IMG/VR virus record: IMGVR_UViG_3300009037_000184 | Coordinates: 1 to 28,296 of that record | From: a virus | Taxonomy: Duplodnaviria > Caudoviricetes | Length of the DNA: 28,296 nucleotides | Direction: 5' to 3' (one strand) | Shown here: positions 15,601 through 23,316 of the stretch, piece by piece | How the letters are laid out: each line of letters begins with the position of its first letter | How positions within the stretch are numbered: the first letter of the stretch is position 1 | Notes under the pieces: generated by a model | What the model was told of the DNA's origin: nothing | What the model saw: only the letters and a program-made list of their open reading frames with translations | The model's database searches: none | Made by a program: the position numbers and the translations under genes

Positions 15601-17178
15601 CGACCGTGCCTGACCACCTCCGTAAGTTATACCTTCAAGAAAATCAGCCAATCCAATAAGGCTCACCTTAGCAGTATCCAATCCCCCTGACTTACCAAAC
15701 TCAATCGAAAGCCGCTCCCAAGCAGCCTTAACTGCTTCTATCTTCATCGCACCAGTTTCCAATTCTGGACCCATAGCATCATCCAAGTTATTATTCTTCA
15801 TGGACTCCATTAATTCACGGTATTTCGCTTCGACCTCTTCATTTGCTGTAAGCATTGACATTACCGCTCTGGATTGCTTACGGGTAAATAACTGGTTAAA
15901 TTCCTGGTCGGTCAACTTCATCGCCGCCTGCACCTTGTTAAGCGACTCAACCATTCCCTCCGTTTCAATCATACTTTGGAACTTCTTCATGGAGATACCA
16001 GCTTTTTCCAGCGCCGACTTGAATTTGCCGGACGTACCGGTGATTTGCATAAATGACTGCCCAAGGTATTGTTGCGCTTGGGTAGCTGAAATCCCACCGA
16101 GAGTCATCGCCGCAACCATCGCCGATGTCTCCTCGAAGGAGACGCCGGTAATGCGGGCGAGAGCGGCGCACTGACCAAATTGGCTGGTAAGATCGTCCAC
16201 TGTCAAAACACCCAACCGGACTTGCTCAAACATAACATTGGAAACTCTGGCCGCGTCATCCGCCGATATTCCATAAGCATTGATTGCCGCAACCACCATT
16301 TTAGTGGTATCGGTCATTTCACCAAGTCCGGCGATGGAAAGTTTGGTTGACGCCCGTAAAATACTCAAAGCCTGATTTGTATCGGTAATACCAGACGAGT
16401 AAATTTCATAAGAGGCGGCGCCTAATTTTTCTGGAGTGATCGGCAGTTCACGGCTGAGGCTCATAATGCCTTTTGATAAGGCTTCAATTGCCGGTCCCCT
16501 GCGCCCAAGATCGTCAATCGTCGTGGCGACATTGGCCATCTGCTTTTCAAAATCCATCGCATTTGTAATCAATGATTTTGGGATTCGGATTGTTTCCCAT
16601 ATAGCAGTGCTAACAACCATGTAACGGGCAAACCGCATAAAAGAACCAGCAAGCCCTCCTAATTGAGCAGAAGTAGATTGAGAAGTTGCCCCCACTCTAT
16701 TAAGTCCCGCTACAACTTGATTGGCATTCCTACCACAAGCTAGTAACCCATTCCCGGCCCCAATTGCCGCCGCTCCAGTTTTATTTAATGCCGGAGGAAG
16801 CTGGTTCGCCGCCATACTAGTTGACTTAAAATTATAAGCAACTTGTTGGCACCGATTAGCTACATTATTTAATCCAGGACCAACCGCATTGACCGCCGGA
16901 ATAACGGCATTAAACCCCGCCCCCATTTTTTGAGCGGCAATTGCAACTCCATTAGCGCCAGCTTTGAAATTATACAGTTGACCGTTCGCGCCAATAAATG
17001 CACCGCCAAGCTGTTTTACGCCGCCAGCGGCATTAAAAGCAGCCTGGTTAAGCTGTGTCCCAGCAGCGGCAGCCTTCCCCTGAAACTGCTGAATCTGAGC
17101 AACAGCCTGTTGAAGACCAGCATTCAACGGCGCGACGTTTGCGCCGATGGTTACTTGGAGGTCGGCAATCGTCGCCAT
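12616..17178 (-). CDS. Tail tape measure protein (TP901-like core)
   Basis: 1520 aa, Ala/Gly-rich helical. MATIADLQVTIGAN start and FEKQMANVAT...YEIYSSG core; follows the chaperone genes. Confidence 0.95.
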   Translation of the reverse strand: MATIADLQVTIGANVAPLNAGLQQAVAQIQQFQGKAAAAGTQLNQAAFNAAGGVKQLGGAFIGANGQLYNFKAGANGVAIAAQKMGAGFNAVIPAVNAVGPGLNNVANRCQQVAYNFKSTSMAANQLPPALNKTGAAAIGAGNGLLACGRNANQVVAGLNRVGATSQSTSAQLGGLAGSFMRFARYMVVSTAIWETIRIPKSLITNAMDFEKQMANVATTIDDLGRRGPAIEALSKGIMSLSRELPITPEKLGAASYEIYSSGITDTNQALSILRASTKLSIAGLGEMTDTTKMVVAAINAYGISADDAARVSNVMFEQVRLGVLTVDDLTSQFGQCAALARITGVSFEETSAMVAAMTLGGISATQAQQYLGQSFMQITGTSGKFKSALEKAGISMKKFQSMIETEGMVESLNKVQAAMKLTDQEFNQLFTRKQSRAVMSMLTANEEVEAKYRELMESMKNNNLDDAMGPELETGAMKIEAVKAAWERLSIEFGKSGGLDTAKVSLIGLADFLEGITYGGGQARSAMADVNSDLGTFLRLMEKIGAIGPPPIFQFFKAMRDLGNGPDVTSLTGSKQIESDQLKSIKTYQKQIEDESRLQIQHLNNQRNAGEITDYEYSKQIEDYNGYITDTKILAVNEMAVKMTADRDNLQLLINGGITTTAQLRKNKDLSKQVGKETIEFWEKDYGGDLKKVLSSINEMLPQLVSDAAKEMEKATGQFANIKAPDLPFASILKAEDIKKGRVELHESITTISQELDRLAELGRDKFGKKLGEGVAGPSIEDLTGIPSKAAFDAKIKEYESSLDQLQLLQSVGGVKNLDAARTQIEAQIAPLEEGLKNYAGVWEKGGAELERVTGVDSTAKAKARLAELKSMLAELKQLESQADVQGKAPATSQASTAMAQDVVTQTQSTMNQAAGIISASAGPWSSAMMAATQAAIDPVKQMSVELVGRSIVPDMVNAIGEEFGRLTDLMVTPLASAAASVTTIFSSWKDLVSGGEGLGMDQMAASMTAGWTVVAAASEAGVSAMTASTTAKMGEMSSGVQGQFQSMASTSTSIIARMMGSMTAVMAAGYARMLASTRSWASQMIAIYESVDNRVVRNSIIPDMMDRIYYVMSGGYKKELDLTGMTVDQLIANFERLEKGMGGFTRQGIDDLRLYLKEVRDIGAPSGPGLAGLNATSPLFAVDPEMEKLASEGKHMPFAPVPSKTGKGPSATATQHYEARTHDRDIADAQKTVDAYRHVNEEWLKIQTNGLVGLEATFAKENLDYMKRLNDFQANTAILLAAAQEDENRKAQIRENAAIFEKGLYDELQRNKKLAAENEVQDRLLEEDANYQHWEKILADTTAFHDLVRDSYEQLGQGMSSAMGQYFAAMMLGMKSRNKDILAATYELIGSLAGAFGTYYVTKGVAMVAEHDPAGWAVIAGGVALKTLGSLFGGMGKKVSGSGSSASGGGGGGGYSTTPTPDVGAQKEGKFGGKVQYVVDVGRLADKAGIIKDLGEFTRELVSEFNQLQGMGVDIQVR

Positions 17179-17498
17179 TAGTCGGGTTCCTTTTTGGCAA
17201 GTGTTAGCATGGTTTTCTTCATAACTTCCACCGACTGACGTTCCGGTTCAAATTGAAACATGAAATCGCTTTCATGGAAACTTGTTCCGCTACTATGCGT
17301 GTTAGCCAAGACCTGGCAGATGCGGGCCATCCTCATGTCGGCCCTCACTTCACCCAACGGTTCGAGTTGATAATACGCCCGCCATTCTGCCAGTTCTCGC
17401 GCATCCAACAAATCTCCTAATCTATTGGGGTGAGGCACTCCGAGGGCGAGGCAGAGTCGGAATCGCCATCGCCATTCGGGGTGCTCTCGGAGTTTTTT
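17178..17498 (-). CDS. C-terminal (-1 frame) part of tail assembly chaperone GT
   Basis: KLREHPEWRWRFRLCLALG...ELAEWRAYYQLEPLGEVRADMR, reached via a slippery site in the upstream gene. Stop overlaps the TMP ATG. Confidence 0.8.
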   Translation of the reverse strand, partial: KKLREHPEWRWRFRLCLALGVPHPNRLGDLLDARELAEWRAYYQLEPLGEVRADMRMARICQVLANTHSSGTSFHESDFMFQFEPERQSVEVMKKTMLTLAKKEPD

Positions 17499-17848
17499 AC
17501 CAACTTCTCCTGGTCCACTGCCGTAATCCCATTCAACTCCTGAGCCGCCGCCGTAATGATTCCCATCGCTTCCGTGCATTTCTTTCCAAGGTCACGGGCG
17601 TCCTTTTCGGTAAAGATCGGCTTGCCCTTTTCATCGGATAAGCAAATAGCGCACAACCGCGCCCGGAAGTTTTCCAACCGACGAACGCGGTCACTGTCAT
17701 CATCAGCAATCATCGCCGCGTCGAAATGGTCCCGTTCCGATGAGGACATGGTGCGGACGTAAACCGTATCGTTCCACGGTTTCACAAAAACCTCAATCAC
17801 CTTTTGGTCGTCAATCCGTAAAATCGAATCTTTGGTAGTCAAAGGCAT
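17417..17848 (-). CDS. Tail assembly chaperone (gpG-like)
   Basis: Between tail tube and TMP; V..W...VYVR.MS..ERD motif; AGGAGG RBS. Confidence 0.85.
   Translation of the reverse strand: MPLTTKDSILRIDDQKVIEVFVKPWNDTVYVRTMSSSERDHFDAAMIADDDSDRVRRLENFRARLCAICLSDEKGKPIFTEKDARDLGKKCTEAMGIITAAAQELNGITAVDQEKLVKNSESTPNGDGDSDSASPSECLTPID
17492..17498 (-). other. Programmed -1 ribosomal frameshift site (A AAA AAC)
   Basis: Minus strand reads TTG GTA AAA AAC TCC, an X XXY YYZ heptamer; the -1 frame is open to 17178. Confidence 0.8.
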
Positions 17849-17866
17849 GGGTAGCCTCCTTTCATT

Positions 17867-18292
17867 TTAGCTGCCACTGTCACTGTTGATAGTGACCTGA
17901 CCGCTGATCTTGAGCGTTACTGAACACGAAATCTGCTTGTCAACCGGGATTTCCAAACCCATGTCCGAAACATTGGCCTGGAACGCCGCAGTCATCTTGT
18001 CAACGCCGGGGAACAGGATTTCGTAATCAATCAACACGTCCGACTCGAAATCACCCTTCATAATTTCGTAGGTGTCCCGACGATAGATCATGTCCAGTTT
18101 GATTGATCCGCCGTCCCGCAATCCGAAGATGAACTCCTTGTAACCGCCAATGCTGTCAAGGCTGGTCACGTCAATTGTATCACGCTTCAGATCAGGACCG
18201 CTGATCTTCATAACTTCAGCAATATCTTCGTAGTAAGAGGTATTCTTACGACGAAACTTCGCGCCGATTCCTGAAGTCGCAAGTGATGCCAT
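17867..18292 (-). CDS. Major tail (tube) protein
   Basis: I..ISGP..KRDTIDVTSLDS.GGYKEFI.GLRDGG and C-terminal TLKISG, typical of siphovirus tail tubes. Confidence 0.9.
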   Translation of the reverse strand: MASLATSGIGAKFRRKNTSYYEDIAEVMKISGPDLKRDTIDVTSLDSIGGYKEFIFGLRDGGSIKLDMIYRRDTYEIMKGDFESDVLIDYEILFPGVDKMTAAFQANVSDMGLEIPVDKQISCSVTLKISGQVTINSDSGS

Positions 18293-18310
18293 TTAATCCC
18301 TCCTTTGCTT

Positions 18311-18721
18311 CTACTCGATTTGCGTCCGCATTATTTCAAAATTAGCAGAAAACACAAACCGATTGTTTTCATCCTTGGGGAGATGGATTATGTCGCCTCG
18401 CTGCTGAATTAAAATGTAACGGCTTCCATCCCCGCTAGCGCTATCCTCAACCTCCATGTTCCCAACATTATGGAGAGACCTTGCAATCCGATCAATCCGA
18501 TCATACGTCTGATCGTACTTCTTCGGGTCGCCATGAACTAAAACCTGGACCGAGGGCCGGAAAACATCCACTCCCGGCAACGGCGTCCGCCCCCCTGAAT
18601 TAAACACGGTAATCCTGTCGTTTGGGAGGGTAGGGGCATTATCAACAAAAATGTCCGTCCCCAACGCCCCAAACCCAAGCGACGCAAGATAAAGAGCAAT
18701 GTCATACGCCGGACTGTTCAT
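18311..18721 (-). CDS. Tail terminator (minor capsid-type) protein
   Basis: G.LGTDIFV...P..P, PSVQVLV.G and DEN.R..FS.NF motifs; position before the tail tube. Confidence 0.8.
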   Translation of the reverse strand: MNSPAYDIALYLASLGFGALGTDIFVDNAPTLPNDRITVFNSGGRTPLPGVDVFRPSVQVLVHGDPKKYDQTYDRIDRIARSLHNVGNMEVEDSASGDGSRYILIQQRGDIIHLPKDENNRFVFSANFEIMRTQIE

Positions 18722-19122
18722 GGAGTCCCCATTGCTTGTCGAACGGACGCTTCAATTATTTGGATAACGGCAGCCTCATTTTCTATCACCGCCCGTTCAA
18801 GAAACTTGTACCCATCACCACCGCCGGCATTAGGGTTCTCATGGACCTTCACCGCGTAGTGATAACCATCTTCGGGGGCCGCTGCTGAATACCCAATTGT
18901 AACTTCCATACGATCAACCCCGAAATTCTCAACATTTTCAAGACTCCCCACCAAGATTCCCTCCACAACAGGCGTTCTACCACGGGAATCATTACTTACT
19001 AACTCAGTAGCAGCACGGACGCCATCAGGTAAAGCAACTCCCAATCGCGCTATCCTGGCGTTAAGAGCGGCGGTCACAAATGCTATATTAGGAACTTGTA
19101 ATATGATCTGAATCCCGAGCAT
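18718..19122 (-). CDS. HK97 gp10-like neck/tail-completion protein
   Basis: TPV..G.L..S, YAVKVHE and KFLERA motifs. Confidence 0.8.
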   Translation of the reverse strand: MLGIQIILQVPNIAFVTAALNARIARLGVALPDGVRAATELVSNDSRGRTPVVEGILVGSLENVENFGVDRMEVTIGYSAAAPEDGYHYAVKVHENPNAGGGDGYKFLERAVIENEAAVIQIIEASVRQAMGTP

Positions 19123-19125
19123 TCA

Positions 19126-20118
19126 TTACCCTCCACCCTTTACTTTACCTGAAACGATCTTCTTTTGCAACCACACGATTAAATGGGAATTTTTACTATG
19201 GAGGTCGGCGTGTTCCTCCCGCGCTCGAATTGGAAAGGCGTTGACGCTGTAATCGGGACTCTGGTCGGAGCTTAAGTCCTCCATTGTTCCCCTCATCAGA
19301 TAACCATCAAGCGTTAATTGGCGGTCGGGGTACACCTTGGCAACCGAAAGCATCTGCTCCCCGTTTGCGCCGGAGAACAATACCTCCTGGTCCTGCCACC
19401 GGCACTTGATCTGGATTGGGTCAGCTAAGTCCGCTTGCCCAAAAGCATCAAAACCATCACACGCCCAATAAACAGCGTCCTGCTTGAGGAACCGCCGCAG
19501 GAACGCCGGAGACGGAGACGAAACCGGGGTGTAGGGATTCCGTTGGGACCGGAACGACTGAGGGTTAATCAACTGAAGTTCCGGCGTCAACTCCAAAATA
19601 ATAAAAACGTAGGTGGTATTTGGATCAAGCCCGGTAATAGTTTTTGTGCCATCTTCTGATGCCACACTAAGATTAATATCACCAGAAACCGATGTATAAA
19701 AGATAAGGACGTACGCCCCATCTTCTAAATCCGCAACAGTAAATATGACATTGGTCCCATCTTCACTTCGGTCACTCATTGTGATTGTTGATCCTGATGC
19801 TGAAAAATCAAACAGTGGTGAAAAAGCAAAATCACTTGGAGGCCCATAATTACCACTCCCATCTTTGGCTACAGCAAATACTACACAAAATGGCATTTCC
19901 CCCGCTGTAAAATCAAAAAAGTTGTCAGCGGTGGTCAAATCAAGCGTAACCTCTCCATCACCAACGCGAGAACCGGCCAAAAAAACAGGCGCCGTCGCTC
20001 CGCCAGCAATTGCACAACCATAAACCTCTATCGTAAGAAGCTGATCGGTGACGGAAACGTCACACGTCCCAACTGCTACATCACGACTATAATTACTTAT
20101 GACAGGTTTTTCAATCAT
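19126..20118 (-). CDS. Head-closure (stopper) protein with ~200-aa N-terminal Ig/FN3-like extension
   Basis: C-terminal LKQDAVYW....DAFGQ....P..IKCRW.D is closure-like. The N-terminal part is beta-rich with TITGLDPNTTYVF. Confidence 0.65.
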   Translation of the reverse strand: MIEKPVISNYSRDVAVGTCDVSVTDQLLTIEVYGCAIAGGATAPVFLAGSRVGDGEVTLDLTTADNFFDFTAGEMPFCVVFAVAKDGSGNYGPPSDFAFSPLFDFSASGSTITMSDRSEDGTNVIFTVADLEDGAYVLIFYTSVSGDINLSVASEDGTKTITGLDPNTTYVFIILELTPELQLINPQSFRSQRNPYTPVSSPSPAFLRRFLKQDAVYWACDGFDAFGQADLADPIQIKCRWQDQEVLFSGANGEQMLSVAKVYPDRQLTLDGYLMRGTMEDLSSDQSPDYSVNAFPIRAREEHADLHSKNSHLIVWLQKKIVSGKVKGGG

Positions 20119-20462
20119 AACGCTTGCACCATAATATTCTTCGATGAGATGGACAATACTCCGCGAATGTCCAGTGTTTTTACTTGCTGACCGTACTGAG
20201 TAAAGTCCAACCCCATCCCAAACTTACCAGCATACTTCCGACTCGCGTCACCAAATGCGTCCCCCGTCAACTGACGCTGACGCATGGCAATAAAATGCGC
20301 CGCTAAATATCGCTCAATTTCAAAGAGAAGATCATCACTGTATCCAGAAGAAGCCAAAGTCTCATCCACCAACACCGTTGCTGTTGCAATGAAGGCGTCA
20401 ACGTCAAGAGAGCTGTCCACTTCAATGATCTTCTCCACGTCGTCTGATGTAACCCTAGCCAT
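20115..20462 (-). CDS. Head-tail adaptor (DUF4054-like)
   Basis: MARVT..DV, IERYLAAHF and GL..TQYGQQV..LD motifs. Confidence 0.8.
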   Translation of the reverse strand: MARVTSDDVEKIIEVDSSLDVDAFIATATVLVDETLASSGYSDDLLFEIERYLAAHFIAMRQRQLTGDAFGDASRKYAGKFGMGLDFTQYGQQVKTLDIRGVLSISSKNIMVQAL

Positions 20463-21166
20463 TATTCTTCCTCCTCATCAACACAGGGGACATCATCAAT
20501 CTTGTCCCTGCCTGACCACAGCGATGGAGTAACAAAATTATGGACTACTTCCCGGTTCCACTCCAACCCAAGGTGAGACACTACACGCTTTATCTCACCG
20601 TAGTTTCCTGCTATAATTTTGTTCGGCCATACTTCCACCAAATTCAAACCAGCATCTTTCATCTCCTGAAACCGCTTGAGGTGAACATTCACCCACTTCT
20701 GCCATCCGGCTTCATCATTATATGCTCGCATAAATCTGGTGCGAAGGCAAGAACTAATAATTCGAGCGGGATCACGCCGGACAATAATCCACTTGGCATT
20801 GGGGAAAGCATCAGCCCATTGCGTCCAAACCAAGCACATCTTCGCTCCCTTGTAAAACCAAGGACCGCCCCTATAACCCTGATTCCTGATGACGGTAAAG
20901 ACTTTCTGCCGCCAGAGAGGATCAATTTTCCACGTCGCCGGATTGGGTAGTGGTTTTTGCCCAAGCGGATCGAACCCGGCTTTTGATAATGACTTCTTTG
21001 TAAGCTCGTTACGAATTGCTTGGTTCTCAAACTGCCCTTTTTTGTTGTGGGGGGTCGGACCAGTCATAATCCCACCCCATGCGCCGCAGAAATGAACAAT
21101 CCCGCCAACGATACTGGTCCCAGATCGAGCGCATCCTGTAATCAAAATTGGTTCATGGTCTTCCAT
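20462..21166 (-). CDS. Sulfotransferase-family protein
   Basis: PILITGCARSGTS (5'-phosphosulfate-binding loop) and FPNAKWIIVRRDP..IISS (3'-phosphate-binding motif). Confidence 0.8.
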   Translation of the reverse strand: MEDHEPILITGCARSGTSIVGGIVHFCGAWGGIMTGPTPHNKKGQFENQAIRNELTKKSLSKAGFDPLGQKPLPNPATWKIDPLWRQKVFTVIRNQGYRGGPWFYKGAKMCLVWTQWADAFPNAKWIIVRRDPARIISSCLRTRFMRAYNDEAGWQKWVNVHLKRFQEMKDAGLNLVEVWPNKIIAGNYGEIKRVVSHLGLEWNREVVHNFVTPSLWSGRDKIDDVPCVDEEEE

Positions 21167-21893
21167 CCCAATTACTCCTTACCCACGGGATACCCGTAAT
21201 CTGATGAGGACGCGGATTTCCATGACAAGAAACAATCCGAGCATCCTCTGGTAACTGGTTGCCTCTGGACCGAACGTGTCGTTTGTAACTCACAACCTGT
21301 CGAGGACAAACTTTGTCCCACCTATCACCGCCTCGTTCTCCGACAACGTACCGAAACCAATACCGCTCACGTCCACCAGTCAACCGCTCAACGCGACTCG
21401 GTTGCTCGGCAAGGGGCTTCCAAAACCGATCACAATTCTCAGCGCCAGCGCGGAATGAAGTCACGTCACCGTCCAGCTTGTATTGTTCACCGGGCTTGAA
21501 CTTGGACCGGGCGCAGAACTCGCCGGAATAAGAGACAATATCCGCCAGACAATCAACAATAACAATGTCCAAGTCCAGCGCCAAAACCTGCCGCCCGAAC
21601 AACCCGCTCTCCTCCGAGAACATCCACATGCGGGGGAGAACGCCTCGCGGGCAAGGGGCCTCAAATTTACGGACAACAATTCCTGGATTGAGGCCATCCA
21701 ACTCCTCATTGGTAAAACAAATAAATTCAAACTTGTCCCTCATCAATAGCAAATGGCTCAGAACACCCCGATAGAGCGCATTGATATATTGAGCGCCAAG
21801 CCCATCATTTGCCCACCTGTCACCCAACCAATAAAAGCAAACAACCGACAGCGGGACTTCCAATTTCGGAATACTAAGATCACGACGTTCCAT
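21153..21893 (-). CDS. Glycosyltransferase (GT-A fold)
   Basis: SVVCFYW, FICFTN, LALDLDIVI (DxD) and IVSCHGNPRPH. ATG overlaps the upstream TAA. Confidence 0.8.
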   Translation of the reverse strand: MERRDLSIPKLEVPLSVVCFYWLGDRWANDGLGAQYINALYRGVLSHLLLMRDKFEFICFTNEELDGLNPGIVVRKFEAPCPRGVLPRMWMFSEESGLFGRQVLALDLDIVIVDCLADIVSYSGEFCARSKFKPGEQYKLDGDVTSFRAGAENCDRFWKPLAEQPSRVERLTGGRERYWFRYVVGERGGDRWDKVCPRQVVSYKRHVRSRGNQLPEDARIVSCHGNPRPHQITGIPWVRSNWDGRP

Positions 21894-22570
21894 TAGCTCA
21901 CCAATCCTTTCACCCAAGCCTGCGACAACGCCCGATTATAAAGCGGCTTGGGATGTCCAAAGATTATTTTTACTCCTGGAGGCGGGCCGCTATTCCAGCA
22001 GTGCTTAAGTTTTATAAACCATCCTTTAGGAAAAGTAGCGCCGACGTTCAAAAAAAAGTCACCGAAAAAATCCTGGTCCCCCCGATACTTCTGCCGTAAA
22101 TCAGCTTGGACCAGCGGTTCCTGAATATCAGGTGGAAGCAGAATATTACCAGCAGTAAACCCAATTACTGAACTTTGAAATCGAGTCACCACTCCAGCTT
22201 TAATTTTCGGGTCGTTGGATGGAGTCCCAAGCGGAGGCGCAAATAAAATGGACTTGGCATTAGCGCGTTGAAATGAAACCAAGCTATCCAACTCCCCGCA
22301 AATAAACGTGTCCAAATCCAAATAGAGGACCGGTCCCGTCAATGGCAGTCCCATAAACAATTCCAATTTTGCCCACCAACCAACCAGTGAGTTAGCAAAT
22401 CGTAACGGTATCTGACGGTAGGGCGCATCTGCTTTAATATCATTTGTTAAGCAAACAAATTCAAATGGGGTTGATAACCACCGATGGCACATGCGGCAAA
22501 GGCGAGCCACATGATCGTGGGTGTAATCACGATTACGGAAATCCCCCCGCCACAAGACGCATGTAATCAT
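21893..22570 (-). CDS. Glycosyltransferase (GT-A fold)
   Basis: MITCVLW, FVCLTND, GWWAKLELF, LYLDLD, FQSSV and GDQDF. TAATG overlap at the start. Confidence 0.85.
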   Translation of the reverse strand: MITCVLWRGDFRNRDYTHDHVARLCRMCHRWLSTPFEFVCLTNDIKADAPYRQIPLRFANSLVGWWAKLELFMGLPLTGPVLYLDLDTFICGELDSLVSFQRANAKSILFAPPLGTPSNDPKIKAGVVTRFQSSVIGFTAGNILLPPDIQEPLVQADLRQKYRGDQDFFGDFFLNVGATFPKGWFIKLKHCWNSGPPPGVKIIFGHPKPLYNRALSQAWVKGLVS

Positions 22571-23316
22571 TAGCATCGAACCTGCCCTTTCCAGATACGG
22601 TCGGCGTAAGTGTAACCCATCTCCTCTAAAAGATGGTTCTTCACTGGATGACATGCGATCATTCGTTTGTGAGTAATATCAATTGGGTCAGGTCCGCGAT
22701 CCTGCTTACAAAGTTTACGCGCCCAATTGCGAGGAAACTTCGGACGATCTTTCCCAAGACAAACCGCCATCCAATCTTGGTCCCCGCAATACCGGTCAAT
22801 GTGGACTGCTGGATTGAAGTCGGTATAAATACAATCACACTCTCCCTTATCGTACACAATAGCATCAGAACTGTAAATCGGAATTAATTCCTGGTGACGT
22901 GTTTTTTGCACTCGATGAATTGCCTGTTTTGTTGAAAAGAATTTGGAGTAGGACCAGTAATCCGCCAATGCAACAGGCGCGTCAAAATCAATAATGCTGT
23001 TCATGTCCCCCACAATCAGCATGTCAATATCTAATGCTAAAACACGTTTCTCCAAATCCACTCCAGGGCGGAAGCACTCGATCTTTGACCACCATGCCGG
23101 CCAATCCTTCTCCAACGGAATGACTCGAATGTCATTGCGAAACTGCTTCGCCGGAACATTACTGAAACAAACAAAATCAAGTTCCTTTGTTGAATGCAAT
23201 GATAGCATGTCCTTCAACCGACTAATGTAGATTGGAGAATAGTAACGAACGTGGTTAGTCCCAATCCGTGACCAAGAACCAACCCATAAAGCGCAAGTGA
23301 CGCTAATCCTGGTCAA
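22570..23316 (-). CDS. Glycosyltransferase (GT-A fold)
   Basis: VTCALW, FVCFSN, WWSKIECF, LALDIDM and GDQDW. TTG start 6 nt after GGAGGAGG. Confidence 0.82.
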   Translation of the reverse strand: MTRISVTCALWVGSWSRIGTNHVRYYSPIYISRLKDMLSLHSTKELDFVCFSNVPAKQFRNDIRVIPLEKDWPAWWSKIECFRPGVDLEKRVLALDIDMLIVGDMNSIIDFDAPVALADYWSYSKFFSTKQAIHRVQKTRHQELIPIYSSDAIVYDKGECDCIYTDFNPAVHIDRYCGDQDWMAVCLGKDRPKFPRNWARKLCKQDRGPDPIDITHKRMIACHPVKNHLLEEMGYTYADRIWKGQVRC

